Source: an uncultured virus (IMG/VR IMGVR_UViG_3300043086_000101)
Taxonomy: Duplodnaviria; Heunggongvirae; Uroviricota; Caudoviricetes
Direction: 5' to 3' (one strand)
Virus record (IMG/VR): IMGVR_UViG_3300043086_000101
DNA length: 20,000 bases
The notes beneath the pieces were generated by a model. It saw only the letters and a list, made by a program, of their open reading frames with translations, was not told the origin of the DNA and made no database searches. Positions 17,622 to 20,000 of the stretch are shown here, in pieces (the stretch's first letter is position 1; each line of letters opens with the position of its first letter). The position numbers and the translations under genes are program-made.

Positions 17622-20000
17622 TTATTTTCTATATGCATACTGTTCAGCAACAGAATTAAGAGAAAGTAAAGCTTCTTGAATATCACTAACAGAATTAGCA
17701 TTTGGAAATTCTGCTTGAATTGTAATATTCTGTTCAATGGTTTCATTTTTACTAGACACTGAACTTGGCATTGTGGTTGATAGAGAAGTTAGTAAATTAT
17801 TCATCATATCAGACTTAAAGTTACTTGCCATATCCCTAACTGCGCTGACAGCAGCTAAAATATTTTCAGTATCAGTAGCATTTAGAATTAGCTCTTTCTG
17901 ATGTAGTAATGCTAATCTTCCACCCTTTGAGTCTAAACCAGAATTTTGGTCACTAGTCCATGTACCAGTATAACCACCAGTATCATATCCTTTAATTTGA
18001 TTTATTGTAAGCCAGCCATAAGGTCCTCCAATGCCATCTAATGGCTGAATATGAATTGGGTATGGCCTAGAAGTAGTAGCTTTTCCGCCATTCACCATAT
18101 ATGTAATCTTAGCTTGTTTGCCTTCTCCTTGATGTCCTAGCGGTTTCTGCCCATCAGAGCTAGAATAATATTCTCCTCCAGTATAAGTTACAATATCTCC
18201 TATCTGAGGAGTACCATCTCCACCAGAACTTCCGCTGCCAGAACTAGATGAAGATGATGATGAAGTATTAGCAGCAGTTGCTGCAGCTAAATCTGCAGAA
18301 AGTTGTCTATTTTTTTCTTGCTCTGACGCTAAAGTTGCTTCAACAGTTTTCAAATTTTGTGCATATGTACTATTTTCATCATTCAACTGAGCAACTTGAC
18401 TTCTAAGATTATCTAAATTTGAATTCAAGGTACTAATTTGCGTTGAACTCTTTTGAAGACTAGTAAAGAATGTATCAGTAGCTGTAGTAAGATTCTCCAT
18501 AGTCGTATTGGTTTCTTGAAGAATATCATTAGTCTTAGAAAAATCTTCTCCAACCTTATTACAAACATTTTCAACACTAGTTTCATAACTACTTAAAGCA
18601 TTATCTATATCTTTTCTAAAGGTTTCACCAAAAGTATCACTAAAATTAGAAATACCTTTCATTAAAGAGTTAATAGTACTAGTAAATCTACTATCAATTT
18701 GTTCATATACATCATAATTTTCATCAGCCATTTGCTGAATGGTTTCAACTGTAGCATCACTTAAAGTAATAAAACTAGTTGCGGCCATATCAGTCATTAC
18801 CTGAGTAATATCAGATTGTGAAGTAGCATATTGCTCGCTATAGGCAGACATTAATTCACAATATTCAGCATAAAGTTCAGTTAATCTAGCTTGCTTTTCT
18901 TCTGCGGTTAGAACAGTAGAAGTCAAAATATCTATTGCATTACTCTTGAAATCGCTTGCTGCAGATAACATATCACTATAAGTAGATTTCATATTATCTT
19001 TAGCGAGATTATAAGCAGAATTATAAGAATCCAAGAGTGCATCTTCTGCATCCGCAACAGAATCATCGTCCGCAACATATGTATAGCTATAATTACCCTG
19101 AGCATCACGTTTAAGTTTCATTTGAGACTTATTGCGTTGTGCTTCTTCAAGAGCTATTTGCTTCTGAAGAATATCAAGTTGAGCCTGAGCATATTTAACA
19201 TCATATTCACTAAGATTAGTTTTATCATTAAGATAAGCTAACTGTTGATTCATCTGCTGAGTAATCTTTTGCTGAGTAGCAAGACCATCAGTATCATTTA
19301 ACAATTTAATATATTTAGATTGCAGCTTCTGAGTCTCATATGACCTATTAACACTATCAAGATACATATCCGCATTTTTAGAAGCAAGTTCCCACTGACT
19401 AGTTAAATAATCCAAATCAGAAGTACCAAAAAGACTGGAAGTATAACTATCCATAATACTATTAACAGTATTTTCATAGATTGTTTGAATATTTTCAAGT
19501 GAACTTTCAACTAAATCATTAAGTTGTGATTGAGCATCGGTAATCATTTCATAATATGACTGCCACTCATCGCTACCTTTATCAAACATTGTTTGCTGTA
19601 TTTTTAATTGTTCAATGTACTCTTGGAGATAATCAATTTGTTTATCATAAACTATATTTTGTGCTTGTACAATATCATTAATCTTTGTATATGCTTGTTC
19701 GCCATAAATCAGATTAACCATATTAAGTTGGTGTTCAAGTTGAGAAACTACATTATCATATTTACTATTGAATTTATCAAATTCTTCACCGATATTATCA
19801 ATTAATTCTAAAATATCATCTTCAAGTTCTTCAATACCATCAGCTAGGTCTTGTGTATATTCAACAGCTAAATTATAGGCTTCTTCCATATCCTCAAGTA
19901 ATGTAGCACTGTTATCACCATATACATCGCCTTTACCAGTTTGCTTCTGCTTTTCCCATTCTTCTTGATAGAATTTTAACCTATCAGTGACATCTTGCAA
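17622..20000 (-). CDS. Tail tape measure protein, C-terminal part (5'-partial)
   Basis: About 580 aa of near-continuous, Pro-free, helical/coiled-coil sequence, then GYDTGGYTG, RLALLHQKELILNA and IEQNITIQAEFPNA, typical of tape measure C-termini. The TTG at 20000 is at the window edge and is probably an internal Leu. Confidence 0.85.
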   Translation of the reverse strand: MQDVTDRLKFYQEEWEKQKQTGKGDVYGDNSATLLEDMEEAYNLAVEYTQDLADGIEELEDDILELIDNIGEEFDKFNSKYDNVVSQLEHQLNMVNLIYGEQAYTKINDIVQAQNIVYDKQIDYLQEYIEQLKIQQTMFDKGSDEWQSYYEMITDAQSQLNDLVESSLENIQTIYENTVNSIMDSYTSSLFGTSDLDYLTSQWELASKNADMYLDSVNRSYETQKLQSKYIKLLNDTDGLATQQKITQQMNQQLAYLNDKTNLSEYDVKYAQAQLDILQKQIALEEAQRNKSQMKLKRDAQGNYSYTYVADDDSVADAEDALLDSYNSAYNLAKDNMKSTYSDMLSAASDFKSNAIDILTSTVLTAEEKQARLTELYAEYCELMSAYSEQYATSQSDITQVMTDMAATSFITLSDATVETIQQMADENYDVYEQIDSRFTSTINSLMKGISNFSDTFGETFRKDIDNALSSYETSVENVCNKVGEDFSKTNDILQETNTTMENLTTATDTFFTSLQKSSTQISTLNSNLDNLRSQVAQLNDENSTYAQNLKTVEATLASEQEKNRQLSADLAAATAANTSSSSSSSSGSGSSGGDGTPQIGDIVTYTGGEYYSSSDGQKPLGHQGEGKQAKITYMVNGGKATTSRPYPIHIQPLDGIGGPYGWLTINQIKGYDTGGYTGTWTSDQNSGLDSKGGRLALLHQKELILNATDTENILAAVSAVRDMASNFKSDMMNNLLTSLSTTMPSSVSSKNETIEQNITIQAEFPNANSVSDIQEALLSLNSVAEQYAYRK

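Larger units (their letters stand above)
1..20000 (-). mobile_element. Tail/baseplate gene module of a large tailed phage (virion genome or prophage not distinguishable here)
   Basis: Eight tightly packed co-directional genes, mostly very large and S/T/N/D-rich, including a tape-measure-type C-terminus and Dit- and hub-like motifs. No host housekeeping genes, integrase or att site in the window. Confidence 0.9.

Noticed and set aside
7032..19805. Plus-strand ORFs 7032..7289, 10081..10284, 10464..10799, 12128..12331, 19608..19805
   Set aside because: Antisense shadows of well-supported minus-strand genes, with no clear RBS or recognisable motifs.
1..20000. Full stop-codon reassignment (genetic code 15 or 4)
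   Set aside because: About 6,500 codons of structural genes read through in standard code 11 with no internal TAG or TGA.
19998..20000. TTG as the start of the 792-aa ORF
   Set aside because: It coincides with the window edge; the tape measure gene almost certainly begins further upstream.
1..20000. CRISPR array, tRNA or rRNA
   Set aside because: The window is almost entirely coding, the largest gap is 125 bp, and no spaced repeats or cloverleaf were seen.

Overview
AT-rich (roughly 30% GC by eye) window from a large tailed phage (Caudoviricetes), probably infecting Bacillota given the strong AAGGAG(G) Shine-Dalgarno sites. All eight real genes are on the minus strand and form one tail-morphogenesis module. 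In transcription order: the 3' end of a tape measure protein (with a C-terminal SH3-like domain), a 2192-aa spike/fibre-like protein, two small acidic proteins, a 1048-aa Dit-like protein, a 1185-aa hub/Tal-like protein, a 381-aa putative baseplate protein, and a >775-aa protein missing from the ORF track that runs off the left edge. Product calls come from motif recognition and gene context, not database searches. No RNA genes, CRISPR, IS, intron, intein or defence system could be supported. The most unusual signals are: (1) a three-segment RNA element between the tape measure and spike genes that could form either a terminator or an RBS-sequestering hairpin and is overlapped by a possible leader peptide; (2) strong GATC/CCGG avoidance alongside clear CCGC/GCGG enrichment; (3) a giant protein with gpV-spike-like termini; (4) long helical insertions in two tail-tip proteins.
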